Positions 19,622 through 28,804 of a DNA stretch of 64,000 nt are shown one piece after another. The DNA is from a phage: the sequence record PZ452611.1; one strand, given 5' to 3'. Position 1 is the stretch's first letter. Each line of letters starts with the position of its first letter. The notes below the pieces were generated by a model, which did not search any database, was not told the origin of the DNA, and saw nothing but the letters and a program-made list of their open reading frames with translations. The position numbers and the translations under genes were made by a program.

Positions 19622-19927
19622 TTATTCTACAGAGCGTTTGAACAGAATGTCTGCCTCGGACATGTGCTCAACCTCTTCTTCGATTTTAGCTCGACGTTTT
19701 TCAGCCTCATAGCGAATATCGAACTCAGTAGCCACCAGAGATTTGATGAATTTAGGAGAATACAGATGATCCTGCTTCTCAACGAGAATGATATCCTTAA
19801 TGGCATCTTTCAGATCTTTAATCTGAAGTTGGAGTTCCACCAGTTCTTCGATTGTTTTGCGAAGGCGATCACGCTCTGCAGTGTCAGAAGGAAGAGAGGT
19901 GAACAGTTCAACTTTAGATTTAGCCAT
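19622..19927 (-). CDS. coiled-coil hypothetical protein
   Basis: 101 aa; preferred over antisense + ORF 19616-19954 because the flanking ORF block is on the minus strand. Confidence 0.45.
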   Translation of the reverse strand: MAKSKVELFTSLPSDTAERDRLRKTIEELVELQLQIKDLKDAIKDIILVEKQDHLYSPKFIKSLVATEFDIRYEAEKRRAKIEEEVEHMSEADILFKRSVE

Positions 19928-19955
19928 AGTAAGAGTCTCCTTATGTTGTTTTAAA

Positions 19956-20273
19956 TTAACGTTCTACAAAAATACCGTTCAGTTCAATAACCAGGAATTT
20001 CTGGTCTTCACTATCGTCTCGTGCCAGCACCTCACAGACGTATCGGTCATCTCCATCATCATCGCAGTCAAATACAAGACTGAGAACTTTATCATGATAA
20101 ACCTTCGCCACTACCGCCTCGTAAGTATTGCCGATTGTGAATCCAAGATAATCTCCAATGCATTTGACAACAACATGATCGCCAGCATTCAAGTCAATCT
20201 TCGTCATTACTGCGCTCCTTGGGTAATAATATTGTATGTAAAACTTTAACCAGAGATGTGAATAACGCCCCAA
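19956..20273 (-). CDS. hypothetical protein
   Basis: ORF; real start probably internal Met (MTKIDLN). Confidence 0.45.
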   Translation of the reverse strand: MGRYSHLWLKFYIQYYYPRSAVMTKIDLNAGDHVVVKCIGDYLGFTIGNTYEAVVAKVYHDKVLSLVFDCDDDGDDRYVCEVLARDDSEDQKFLVIELNGIFVER

Positions 20274-20362
20274 AACACACCGATAGCGCTAAAACAGACA
20301 AGGCCATCATTAAAGCTTCAGTAAAATCAGTCACTCCTCACCTCTTGTTAGTCACTATACTG

Positions 20363-20626
20363 TCATTTATCCTTGCCGTCAAGAACTTTTTTAAATCTTT
20401 CAGGGATATCGCCTGTTCTTAGATAGCTCATGACCTCACAAGGTTCCCACTTGAATTTCTTACAAAGCAGGGCGGCTGAGATTGTTTCATTGCGAAAAGA
20501 AAGGATATTAATATCCCATTCTGAGAACCCCAACTTCCGAAGGGTAGCTACAGAAATCCTCACCGCAACCCAGCAGCAAAAACATGCAACAAACGCCACT
20601 GCTATAACCCACATCAGGATGTTCAT
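20363..20626 (-). CDS. membrane protein
   Basis: 87 aa, N-terminal TM helix. Confidence 0.45.
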   Translation of the reverse strand: MNILMWVIAVAFVACFCCWVAVRISVATLRKLGFSEWDINILSFRNETISAALLCKKFKWEPCEVMSYLRTGDIPERFKKVLDGKDK

Positions 20627-20715
20627 ATAAGCACCTTACTGAAATACAAGACACAGTGTTAAGGTTACTGACCAGCAAATAATTAATAGTGCCGTTGCAA
20701 CCTTGGCAAGATTTA

Positions 20716-21003
20716 TCATAGTGCCTCTAAGATTTCATATCCTTCTGGTCGGAATACAAGCCACTCCGTGGCTCCGTTTGGTCGATACGCTTTATACAGA
20801 ACAACCTGATCTCGGCACATGCACATGGCTACATAGTTTTCATCCACACCTGCAGCCTGCATTGCATCTTCTTCTCCGGCAACTGCTTTGCTTACAACTT
20901 CCTTGGTAGGCAGGTGTGCGATCAGCTCGTCACCATCATTAATTCCAAAATGGCGGAGTTCTCCATTGGTATCTTTAATCTTAATCTTAACCAGATCTTT
21001 CAT
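20716..21003 (-). CDS. small acidic protein, paralog family B
   Basis: 95 aa; MK-I/V-K-I N-terminus shared with neighbours. Confidence 0.5.
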   Translation of the reverse strand: MKDLVKIKIKDTNGELRHFGINDGDELIAHLPTKEVVSKAVAGEEDAMQAAGVDENYVAMCMCRDQVVLYKAYRPNGATEWLVFRPEGYEILEAL

Positions 21004-21332
21004 TAGTCTTCCTCCAGGTTCAAAGGCCCTAAGATTTCATATGCCAGATTAGAAGTTACCAGAGGGTCTTCTGCATCTTTAGTATTATACCACCCGTGGA
21101 TAACTAGAGCTCCACCACGCTGCATGTCAAACTGGAACTGTTTTGCCATGTACTCATCAATCTCTAGGATTTCCATGAGGTATTTAATGTTTGGAAGATA
21201 CGCAGTCACTACAGTTCCTTCCACCAATCCTTCAGGCCAACCCACGTCCGGATGACAATCTGGAACTAGAGTGGTCAGCTTAATGGTGTACGCTTTTTCT
21301 GCACGAGCCTTCAGTAACGGGTCAATCTTCAT
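21003..21332 (-). CDS. hypothetical protein
   Basis: 109 aa; start abuts upstream stop. Confidence 0.5.
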   Translation of the reverse strand: MKIDPLLKARAEKAYTIKLTTLVPDCHPDVGWPEGLVEGTVVTAYLPNIKYLMEILEIDEYMAKQFQFDMQRGGALVIHGWYNTKDAEDPLVTSNLAYEILGPLNLEED

Positions 21333-21682
21333 TATTCGTCCTCCTCTTCGGTGCCTGCTTCCAGTAATAAGTTAAGAATATCTTCTGCACAAGGCTCATA
21401 GAACTCTTGACCTTCATTATCGATGATTTTGTAGTCATCCCCGCGAATAATCAGAGGATCACTCTCAAAATTATCGAGACCTTTAACAACGACAACACGA
21501 TCGATTGCCATCATTGTAAGAACTTTATCGACATCTTCCTCTGCTACACCATACTGCAGTAGAATGTCTTTGGTAGGAGGAACAGCATCTACCACAACAC
21601 CGTTACCAAAACCTTCCGGCAAGTTAGCTAAAATATCTTCCGGAACCACACTAACATCAAAACCAGTAATTTCTACTTTCAT
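21332..21682 (-). CDS. small acidic protein, paralog family B
   Basis: MKVEITG N-terminus, acidic C-terminus. Confidence 0.5.
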   Translation of the reverse strand: MKVEITGFDVSVVPEDILANLPEGFGNGVVVDAVPPTKDILLQYGVAEEDVDKVLTMMAIDRVVVVKGLDNFESDPLIIRGDDYKIIDNEGQEFYEPCAEDILNLLLEAGTEEEDE

Positions 21683-21943
21683 TTACAGCACCTCTTCGTC
21701 AACTACTTCATAAAAATGGCCTGGGATTGCAATAGCGTTCTCACCTTCACCTACAAACACAGTTCCGTCAAGAATCAACATCATAAGAATTTCTGGAATA
21801 TCCTCTTCCGGAACGTTGCCAAAACCTTTAATCAGTGTGTAGGTTGGAAGATTTACCTCTAAGATGTCACCATCTTTAGAGCGGAAATCAACACCATCCT
21901 GAATCTCTGCCATTTCAAGGTTTTTCAGTTTAATCTTCATCAA
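21683..21943 (-). CDS. small acidic protein, paralog family B
   Basis: MMKIKLK..., ends YEVVDEEVL. Confidence 0.5.
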   Translation of the reverse strand: MMKIKLKNLEMAEIQDGVDFRSKDGDILEVNLPTYTLIKGFGNVPEEDIPEILMMLILDGTVFVGEGENAIAIPGHFYEVVDEEVL

Positions 21944-22019
21944 TCAGTCTCCCGTCTTGTTAAGATGAAGGTATTATTTCACACAGGGTTGGTGTTGTCA
22001 ACACCTGTGTGCAAGAAAA

Positions 22020-22415
22020 TTACTGAAACAGTGCAGATAAATTACCTTCTGGTGGGAACTTATCTGCCAAAAACGGTGTTAGCACAGTAGCCTTCTGAAG
22101 ATCTGGGGTCCACTCGTTGTTCAGAACATCCCAGTAGTACGCAATGTTGCTGTGTGGGTGCCGCATTACGAACTTTTTCCCTTCGTAGTCATCTGAAACC
22201 TCTACAGAAGAAATAACAACAGAATCTTCAAGGGTTTCTTCATAGAAAGATCCGCCTTCAAATTTCCAACGAGATGCAAGAGCCCCTGCCTTGAACGCTG
22301 CAGATAACGGACTGTCGGCAAGAACATACATTTCTTGCACTCTGTCGCTGCGATCTTTGCTTCTTACGTTGTACACAGTATCTGAGCTATACTCAACACG
22401 GTATAGGCTTACCAT
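22020..22415 (-). CDS. hypothetical protein, paralog family C
   Basis: HPHSNIAYYWDVLNNEWTP matches HPDSRVKHYWNSRTKTWTP in ORF 24222-24620. Confidence 0.55.
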   Translation of the reverse strand: MVSLYRVEYSSDTVYNVRSKDRSDRVQEMYVLADSPLSAAFKAGALASRWKFEGGSFYEETLEDSVVISSVEVSDDYEGKKFVMRHPHSNIAYYWDVLNNEWTPDLQKATVLTPFLADKFPPEGNLSALFQ

Positions 22416-22774
22416 TACCGCACCTCCTCAATAACTTCCACATCTGAACCCACCACAAATGCAAAAGGACAGGTTTCATGAAAGACATCCGGATCGCCGC
22501 CAAGCTTGCTAACAATTTCTCCACCACTAATAAACACAAGCTCACCGATATTCATCAGATTGCTGAAATAGTATCCATAATGATTAAAGAATGCAGCAGG
22601 GTCAGGTAGACTAGTAGCCTCAAGTTCTACATCGGTTGAGATTACTTTCTTATCATAACCTCTCGCCTTCTGAGATGCAAGATCTGCAGAATCTTCAGGC
22701 GACCGGAGATGCACAGGAATTGTTTCACCAATAAAGCGTACTTTCATATTATCACCCAACAACCATAGCTTCAA
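22415..22774 (-). CDS. hypothetical protein, paralog family A-like
   Basis: 119 aa; MKVRFIG internal motif; acidic C-terminus VEVIEEV. Confidence 0.5.
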   Translation of the reverse strand: MKLWLLGDNMKVRFIGETIPVHLRSPEDSADLASQKARGYDKKVISTDVELEATSLPDPAAFFNHYGYYFSNLMNIGELVFISGGEIVSKLGGDPDVFHETCPFAFVVGSDVEVIEEVR

Positions 22775-23015
22775 AAGGGGTCATGAACGAATAAACGGCA
22801 TCATCATCTGCTTCAGGGAATGCTCCCAAAGACTTCATGTCCGAGCCCTTGACAAATACAAGGTTTTGATCAAAAGCTTCTTGGGGGTCAATCCGATACA
22901 TATTTCGTAGAATATCACCTACCTCTTCATCAAGAGGTGAGTATGCTGTGCACGTTTTTCCGATCAAGCTTTGAGAATCAGGGTATCCACCTGAAGTTTT
23001 AAAATAAACAATCAT
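22752..23015 (-). CDS. small protein, paralog family A
   Basis: GYPDSQSLIGKT...VFVKGSDMKSLGA resembles ORF 28532-28765. Confidence 0.5.
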   Translation of the reverse strand: MIVYFKTSGGYPDSQSLIGKTCTAYSPLDEEVGDILRNMYRIDPQEAFDQNLVFVKGSDMKSLGAFPEADDDAVYSFMTPFEAMVVG

Positions 23016-23106
23016 ATAGTATCACCTCTGGTAAGAGATTGGGATTCCTTTCCCACAAATAATTACAAATCTTCCTTATCGAGGAAGTATGCTAATCCAA
23101 GCAGGA

Positions 23107-23376
23107 TTATTCCTCTACAATCTCATACACATCAGGAGTTACAATCAACTCTTCTCCGTTACCCGGTGCAACAAACACCACCAAACCTTCAGGTGTGTGC
23201 TTTTTAGCCATCTCGATAACATCTTCGCGCAGAGCTGGCTCCATCAGATCAAAACCTTCACCCAGGGCATCACGAACCACCTTCATATAGTCCACTGGTT
23301 GTGCTTCAACAATCATGCCTTCAACCAGTCCACAGTTTTTGTCTGCCAGCTCAGTTTTGAATAATTTAATTTTCAT
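23107..23376 (-). CDS. small acidic protein, paralog family B
   Basis: MKIKLFK..., ends YEIVEE. Confidence 0.5.
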   Translation of the reverse strand: MKIKLFKTELADKNCGLVEGMIVEAQPVDYMKVVRDALGEGFDLMEPALREDVIEMAKKHTPEGLVVFVAPGNGEELIVTPDVYEIVEE

Positions 23377-23513
23377 TTAGAGGTCTCCTCAATTATTTGA
23401 TATTAATAGCCGTAACCTAACACATTAACTACAATTGCGATTGCAAACATAATTTCAAAGCATGCAATCTCTACATTTGGGACTAATTTCTTAATCACAC
23501 CCATTGTAGCACC

Positions 23514-23831
23514 TCATTCTCCAAAGTCAATCTTTACTTTGCCTTTCCCCTTACCTTTCTTTCCACCACATTTAGCCAGCTGACGTGCTGCAACATCTAC
23601 CATACGGTCAGTTGCCTCGTAAGCATCACTGCCTTTAGCTTTGGCAATAACTTCTTTTCCAGAATTGTCAAAAATGAACGCCATAACTTCCTGGTGATCA
23701 TTTTCAACTTTTACACTCACACGTGCATAGTTGGCAGAGGGGTGCAAACGCTCCAGCTTAGACATTTTGTGGGAAATGAAAGACACCATACCTTCAGTGA
23801 TTTCTACGTTGCCAGTGATTTCAATTTGCAT
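23514..23831 (-). CDS. hpf: ribosome hibernation promoting factor / RaiA-like protein
   Basis: MQIEITGNVEITEG...KLERL...VSVKVEN...AKAKGSDAYEATDRMVDVAARQL aligns by eye with E. coli HPF recalled from memory (MQLNITGNNVEITEA...ARQL); Lys/Gly-rich tail. Confidence 0.7.
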   Translation of the reverse strand: MQIEITGNVEITEGMVSFISHKMSKLERLHPSANYARVSVKVENDHQEVMAFIFDNSGKEVIAKAKGSDAYEATDRMVDVAARQLAKCGGKKGKGKGKVKIDFGE

Positions 23832-23913
23832 AACGTGTTCCTTTTAAAGAAGAGGGAACCAAACCCTCTTTGAAAACAATGATACTAAATCTGAAGCGTT
23901 GTGTCAACAGTTT

Positions 23914-24204
23914 TTACAGCTTGTTGTCGATAGTTTTTAAAATATCTACAGCAAGATCTGCCATTTTTCGAACATACTCTGCAAACTCAACAGGATCCTT
24001 GATCAAAGAATTCACAGGGTCGTACCCTAGAGCGTTCAAAATGGCTGCAGCATCTACAACCTTCTCATCATTTGCGAAGATCTCTCCGTCAAACTTGTAG
24101 GTCCATTTTGAGTCAACCTTAGCAGAGCAGGGTTTGTCCATGCTTGTTACACCATCGTCTTTAAACTCTCCTGCGTTATCAATATTCAGAACTAAATCCA
24201 TCAT
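23914..24204 (-). CDS. hypothetical protein
   Basis: 96 aa ORF. Confidence 0.45.
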   Translation of the reverse strand: MMDLVLNIDNAGEFKDDGVTSMDKPCSAKVDSKWTYKFDGEIFANDEKVVDAAAILNALGYDPVNSLIKDPVEFAEYVRKMADLAVDILKTIDNKL

Positions 24205-24221
24205 AGTGGTACCTCACTGTT

Positions 24222-24620
24222 TCAGTTTAGCTTTTCTTCAACAACCCCATAGCTTGGGACAGAATCAAGAGCTTTCTGGTTTAAAAGTGGTGTAGCAGAA
24301 TCTGCAAACGGTGTCCAAGTTTTTGTTCTGGAATTCCAGTAATGCTTCACTCTGGAATCTGGATGCACTATAACAAAAACTTTTTCACTTGTCAACACAT
24401 TAATTTCTTCTACACCCTTGCTGATAATTTCTCCGTCATAGCCCCCAGTCTGGTATCCTTCGTACCAGGTTCTTGCATAGGCATAGCCAGCCTGCCAGCA
24501 TGCAGCCTCCTCCGAGGTGGAGATTACGTAGAAGTCCTTCTCAAATTCCGGAATACGCCCTTGCTTTACGCTCCAAGCTCCGCGAATTTTCATTGTAACT
24601 TTGAACAGTTTATTTTTCAC
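24222..24620 (-). CDS. hypothetical protein, paralog family C
   Basis: paralog of 22020-22415. Confidence 0.55.
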   Translation of the reverse strand: MKNKLFKVTMKIRGAWSVKQGRIPEFEKDFYVISTSEEAACWQAGYAYARTWYEGYQTGGYDGEIISKGVEEINVLTSEKVFVIVHPDSRVKHYWNSRTKTWTPFADSATPLLNQKALDSVPSYGVVEEKLN

Positions 24621-24632
24621 AACGGTTACCCA

Positions 24633-24887
24633 TCACAGCTCTGCAATATCTGCATCTGACCCTACCCCAAAGGCATAATAGGACTCTTCCCCGAAATAAT
24701 ATTCAGGTGCACCAGCGGTGATCAGGTCTGATCCTAAGATAAACACCACGTTGTGGCCTACATAACTGTGATGTTGCCGCACAGGATCATCCCACGGCAA
24801 CCCTTCAAAGTATACCGCAGGAACGACCTTTCCCTTCAGGAAGGATTGTCCCAAGTAGACGTTAGAATCAAGAATTTTAACCTTCAT
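24633..24887 (-). CDS. small protein, paralog family A
   Basis: MKVKILDSNVYLGQ...GKVV...GSDLITAGAP. Confidence 0.55.
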   Translation of the reverse strand: MKVKILDSNVYLGQSFLKGKVVPAVYFEGLPWDDPVRQHHSYVGHNVVFILGSDLITAGAPEYYFGEESYYAFGVGSDADIAEL

Positions 24888-25104
24888 GATCGTCCTCCAC
24901 TACCTCTACATCCTCGCCTAGGGCAAAGTTGTAGGTCCACTGACTGTCAAAGCAGTCCTGAGGTGCACCAGCGGCAATAAGATCTGCTCCTTTTATTTTT
25001 AAAAGGTCAGGGTAATCTTCGTTAGGGACAGCAGTAAACACTTTTCCTACTAAAGGCTCCTGACCAATATAGAAGCTTGAATCTAAAACTTTAACTTTCA
25101 TCAA
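24877..25104 (-). CDS. small protein, paralog family A
   Basis: MMKVKVLDSSFYIGQ...GKVF...GADLIAAGAP. Confidence 0.55.
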   Translation of the reverse strand: MMKVKVLDSSFYIGQEPLVGKVFTAVPNEDYPDLLKIKGADLIAAGAPQDCFDSQWTYNFALGEDVEVVEDDHEG

Positions 25105-25388
25105 CGGTCTCCATCAGGTGGTTGTGGGACGTAAACACTGTTACGAATATCGTCCGCAGTATAGTAATAAGTGTCTCCAACCCTATCTCTGGCTGCAATG
25201 TACTCTGCTATGCCAATAAGTGCCATTGATTTGGTGGCGTATCTTCCCAACTCGTTAGCTCCCCAGTAGAATTTAGACCAATAGGGAATAAGACCGAACA
25301 AATATACCTTTTGACGAACTTCCCAGTAAGTGCCTTTCCCGACAAGTTTAAACTCGACTTCACCACTGTTAATCTTTTTCATTATCAA
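25101..25388 (-). CDS. hypothetical protein
   Basis: 95 aa, 4 nt overlaps both sides. Confidence 0.45.
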   Translation of the reverse strand: MIMKKINSGEVEFKLVGKGTYWEVRQKVYLFGLIPYWSKFYWGANELGRYATKSMALIGIAEYIAARDRVGDTYYYTADDIRNSVYVPQPPDGDR

Positions 25389-25681
25389 TCTCCCTCCACC
25401 GTGGTCGGATTGTCAGTAAGAAATTGAGCATTAGCTGGAGGCACACCTGACATTTTCCACACAACCATAAGTTTGTAACCAGGCACTCTATTAAGTGCAG
25501 ATCGAGTAGAGTTTGTGCACGTATATTTTCGCTTTCCAAACCCGTTCTCAAGCATGATCCAGTATCCCGTGTCTTTATCACCTGGAATTGGTAATCCCTC
25601 ATCGTCCACCCATTGAATGGACCATGGCACGATGGCTACAGCTTTATATTTAAACTTTTTAAACCACTCAAAAAGTTTCAT
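25385..25681 (-). CDS. hypothetical protein
   Basis: 98 aa; chosen over overlapping 25369-25602 frame. Confidence 0.45.
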   Translation of the reverse strand: MKLFEWFKKFKYKAVAIVPWSIQWVDDEGLPIPGDKDTGYWIMLENGFGKRKYTCTNSTRSALNRVPGYKLMVVWKMSGVPPANAQFLTDNPTTVEGD

Positions 25682-25776
25682 AATTCAGCCTCGCATAGAC
25701 ATAATCACTATAAACAGGCAAACAATGAATCCGAATGCCACGCCACCCATAAACGTTAATATTGATGCAATCATAG

Positions 25777-25962
25777 TCAATCAGCCTCGCTTGGCAACTC
25801 TTCCACCTTAACATGCCGAAAAGTGTTACCGTAATGGTTGATCCATGACATCAGCTCACTTTCTTGCTCTTCCTCTGGGATGAACTCTCGAATACTGACA
25901 AGTTTTAAGAAAACCCAATCACAATCTGCACCCATTCTACCAGACAGACAATAGTGCTTCAT
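25777..25962 (-). CDS. hypothetical protein
   Basis: 61 aa ORF. Confidence 0.35.
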   Translation of the reverse strand: MKHYCLSGRMGADCDWVFLKLVSIREFIPEEEQESELMSWINHYGNTFRHVKVEELPSEAD

Positions 25963-25981
25963 AAAAACCCTCCATCCTGGT

Positions 25982-26182
25982 TTAGAATACTGCCTCTTTT
26001 AATGATCCAAGGAGCAGCAGGTGTGAAATCTGATCCACATCCATGGTAGATTCAATCTCCTCTTTTTTGAAAGGTTCTCGGCAAAACAGTACTACATTTG
26101 GGTTTTCGCTACGCACTATATAATACAGATCGTTCAAATCATTCTCATAGTAGGTATTAAATTTAAGAATTTTGTCACTCAT
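25982..26182 (-). CDS. hypothetical protein
   Basis: 66 aa ORF. Confidence 0.35.
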   Translation of the reverse strand: MSDKILKFNTYYENDLNDLYYIVRSENPNVVLFCREPFKKEEIESTMDVDQISHLLLLGSLKEAVF

Positions 26183-26466
26183 TTTCTAATCCTCTTCTTA
26201 GATTTTTGTGCAGAAACGCTTTCTGCAATACGAGACAGGCGTTCTTCTGAAGCTTTACCTACCCCAGGTTTCTTGAGCGGGTTATCTTTATGACCGCAAT
26301 CCAATTGGATGCTAGATACCTCCCCAACCTTGTAAGTCAATTCTAACAAAAGGTTGTCGTCCTTGTCAAATGTTTTTACGATAAATTTTTTATCGTCCTC
26401 CTGAACTTCATACCTAGTACCTGCAGTATACAGCATGGTGCCATCAGTGTAGGATATCCAAATCAT
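26179..26466 (-). CDS. hypothetical protein
   Basis: 95 aa, coupled. Confidence 0.45.
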   Translation of the reverse strand: MIWISYTDGTMLYTAGTRYEVQEDDKKFIVKTFDKDDNLLLELTYKVGEVSSIQLDCGHKDNPLKKPGVGKASEERLSRIAESVSAQKSKKRIRK

Positions 26467-26810
26467 TGCACCTCCTTCTGCTGCAACAGCATTAACTCTT
26501 TGTTGGAAATCTTTACTGCTGTCTTTATTGTTCCATCTTCACGGAACCACGACCAGAATTCTACAGTGTCACCACTATCAAGCAAGGCATGACCATGGTA
26601 AAAATCCTTGTCCTTAGACAGTTTCTCATCTATATCTGCATCGACACATTCGTGATCCATAGCATTTTGCCTGAATGCATCGGTTATGCCAATGCATGCC
26701 TTGCTCTCAAGACTGGTATATCCGATATCTTTTAATTCAGTTTCCCAAGTCCAGTATCCTACAAAAGCCACAACAGCTACCCACATTAATATCGATTTAA
26801 TCTTTGACAT
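26463..26810 (-). CDS. secreted or membrane-anchored protein
   Basis: N-terminal hydrophobic segment MSKIKSILMWVAVVAFVGYW. Confidence 0.45.
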   Translation of the reverse strand: MSKIKSILMWVAVVAFVGYWTWETELKDIGYTSLESKACIGITDAFRQNAMDHECVDADIDEKLSKDKDFYHGHALLDSGDTVEFWSWFREDGTIKTAVKISNKELMLLQQKEVQ

Positions 26811-26870
26811 TCTCTCTACCTCTTTCTTAATTTGTTTAATTATGGCACATCCTTTGTGCCTTGTTGCACA

Positions 26871-27332
26871 CTACTTAAACAACAGTTCAAAATAGTGCAA
26901 AATTAACAGAAGTTGAATTACGCCTAGCACAACAGCAAGTATGTTAATCTTAGAATCAAAAAACTTCTTAACTTTTACCCTAAAAGGTTCCTTAATGTCC
27001 TTTACGATCCTATCTATAGATGACCTCATATCCCTGATTACCATCCTGAACATTAAAGACGGATGATCCCTCTCTGTAACGGAATCGAAAACATACTCTC
27101 TTTGATCACAAGGGCCGCCAGCTCTGCGTATTAACCTCTCCACAGAGACCTCGTACGACACACCTGTAACGTAATCATCTATGACAAGGAGTGACGGGTC
27201 TTTATCGTCCAAGGGTATCAAAGTTATCTTTCCAGATTTTGTTAAAATTTCTCCTTTTTCAAGTAAGGTGTACCAATGCTCTCTGCCAAGACTGTTGAGG
27301 CACGTTTTTACATATTTAACAAACATCGTCAC
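26871..27332 (-). CDS. hypothetical protein with C-terminal TM
   Basis: 153 aa; C-terminal LAVVLGVIQLLLILHYF. Confidence 0.45.
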   Translation of the reverse strand: MTMFVKYVKTCLNSLGREHWYTLLEKGEILTKSGKITLIPLDDKDPSLLVIDDYVTGVSYEVSVERLIRRAGGPCDQREYVFDSVTERDHPSLMFRMVIRDMRSSIDRIVKDIKEPFRVKVKKFFDSKINILAVVLGVIQLLLILHYFELLFK

Positions 27333-27532
27333 CCCTCATCGCACGTCTGATATAACCACTCTATAAAATCTTGATACCATTCGCCCTCTGAGCGCTCCGT
27401 AGGCCAATAATCTTCACCCTCTCGTGCATTAAAATCTGAGTATTCAACTTTCCACTCCTTTACCAGCTCGTGGAGAAGGTTTTCAGCCTGCTCTAAAGAT
27501 TTATTTTTTGCCATTGCTGTCTCCTTTTTCAA
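27329..27532 (-). CDS. hypothetical protein
   Basis: 67 aa ORF. Confidence 0.4.
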   Translation of the reverse strand: MKKETAMAKNKSLEQAENLLHELVKEWKVEYSDFNAREGEDYWPTERSEGEWYQDFIEWLYQTCDEG

Positions 27533-27733
27533 GATAGTTATACATCAGAACTGCACCACCTAAGATGGCTACCAGTAACAATACCCCAGATAGCATCTCA
27601 ATAAACATGGCTTGAAACACTGGAAGGTCTCCCTAAATTAACGCACCATTTTAAATACATGCTCTTTTCCCATAAAGGTGCCTGGCTAAGATCTGCGTAG
27701 AACGCAATCTCTTTAAGAACAGTATAAACAGTT

Positions 27734-27970
27734 TTAGGTGCGGTCTCCATCCCTACTCTCCTTTTTCTCCTTACGGATATTCTTGTAGTAATCAACTAGG
27801 CACATTATTACAATGAAGATAACAATAGGCCAAAAAGGTGCAGCAGTGATGATGGTGATAAAATCATCAAACTTCACCTTTCGTCTAGCTACGATGCATA
27901 CACCTGTCAAGAATACCGCTGTTATAACGGCTATTACCAGGTAACCTATTAGCACAGCATTTATACTCAT
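27734..27970 (-). CDS. small membrane protein (2 TM)
   Basis: two hydrophobic helices, basic C-terminus; holin-like topology, weak support. Confidence 0.45.
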   Translation of the reverse strand: MSINAVLIGYLVIAVITAVFLTGVCIVARRKVKFDDFITIITAAPFWPIVIFIVIMCLVDYYKNIRKEKKESRDGDRT

Positions 27971-28001
27971 TAGTCCTCCCTTTTGTAGGTTAAATTATAT
28001 A

Positions 28002-28535
28002 CTACAGATGGTTGCTTATGGTGTCAAGAAAATTATCTCGTTCTTTCTCGGAGTTTTCACAGGTGTAGCTGAAAAACATATCTAGAATAACCTTATTGAT
28101 ATATTCCAGCTCCTCTGTGTTCAGGTACTTAGCAGGATCTACAATGACATCCCAAATATCATACAGACCACACTCATGATATCCATAACGCCACTCAATT
28201 GTCAAGCTGAGCGGCAAATCTTTACCGTCACAAACAACCTTCCATCTACATATGTTGGTATCTGGGCGTATCTGTGCACGGTATACCTGTACAAAATCCA
28301 ATTTGAATTTGAGGTATTCGTCATGCAATTTAAGCACAAAGCTCTCGATTTGTGGAGACACTTTTGCAGCAAACTGTGCGTATTTGTATTTGCACTGGAT
28401 GATCTTTCTGCGTTTTGCAGTTAAATTTTTTGCCGCCAGTTGTTCTTCAGTGTATCTCCACCTACGATCAACAAACGCAACAGGGTCTTTGTCCCCATAG
28501 AGGTCTTCCCAGTTAATCAGAAGCATACCTGTCAC
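28002..28535 (-). CDS. hypothetical protein
   Basis: 177 aa ORF. Confidence 0.5.
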   Translation of the reverse strand: MTGMLLINWEDLYGDKDPVAFVDRRWRYTEEQLAAKNLTAKRRKIIQCKYKYAQFAAKVSPQIESFVLKLHDEYLKFKLDFVQVYRAQIRPDTNICRWKVVCDGKDLPLSLTIEWRYGYHECGLYDIWDVIVDPAKYLNTEELEYINKVILDMFFSYTCENSEKERDNFLDTISNHL

Positions 28536-28765
28536 TCCTCCACAACTTCAAGGCCTTTGCCGCCTCGTTCTGGTAGATTACTTAAAGACAGGTAATACGT
28601 ATAGTCAGGAGAGATCCTGCCAGACTCTGCACCTGCAGCTAATAAATCTTTTCCCTTAACCATGACAACATTATCGTTTGCAGATAACCGTTTTGCTTCC
28701 ACAATTTTACCAATGCAGTCAACCAAGGAAGGGTATCCTAAATCTGTAAGAAATTTAACTTTCAT
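28532..28765 (-). CDS. small protein, paralog family A
   Basis: MKVKFLTDLGYPSL...GKIV...GKDLLAAGA. Confidence 0.55.
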   Translation of the reverse strand: MKVKFLTDLGYPSLVDCIGKIVEAKRLSANDNVVMVKGKDLLAAGAESGRISPDYTYYLSLSNLPERGGKGLEVVEE

Positions 28766-28804
28766 GCTACCTCCTACTTCTACCGTCCCTGGTAAGATAA
28801 ATTA

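Noticed and set aside
19616-19954. 112 aa + strand ORF
   Set aside because: Antisense to 19622-19927 within a uniformly minus-strand operon; low-complexity translation.
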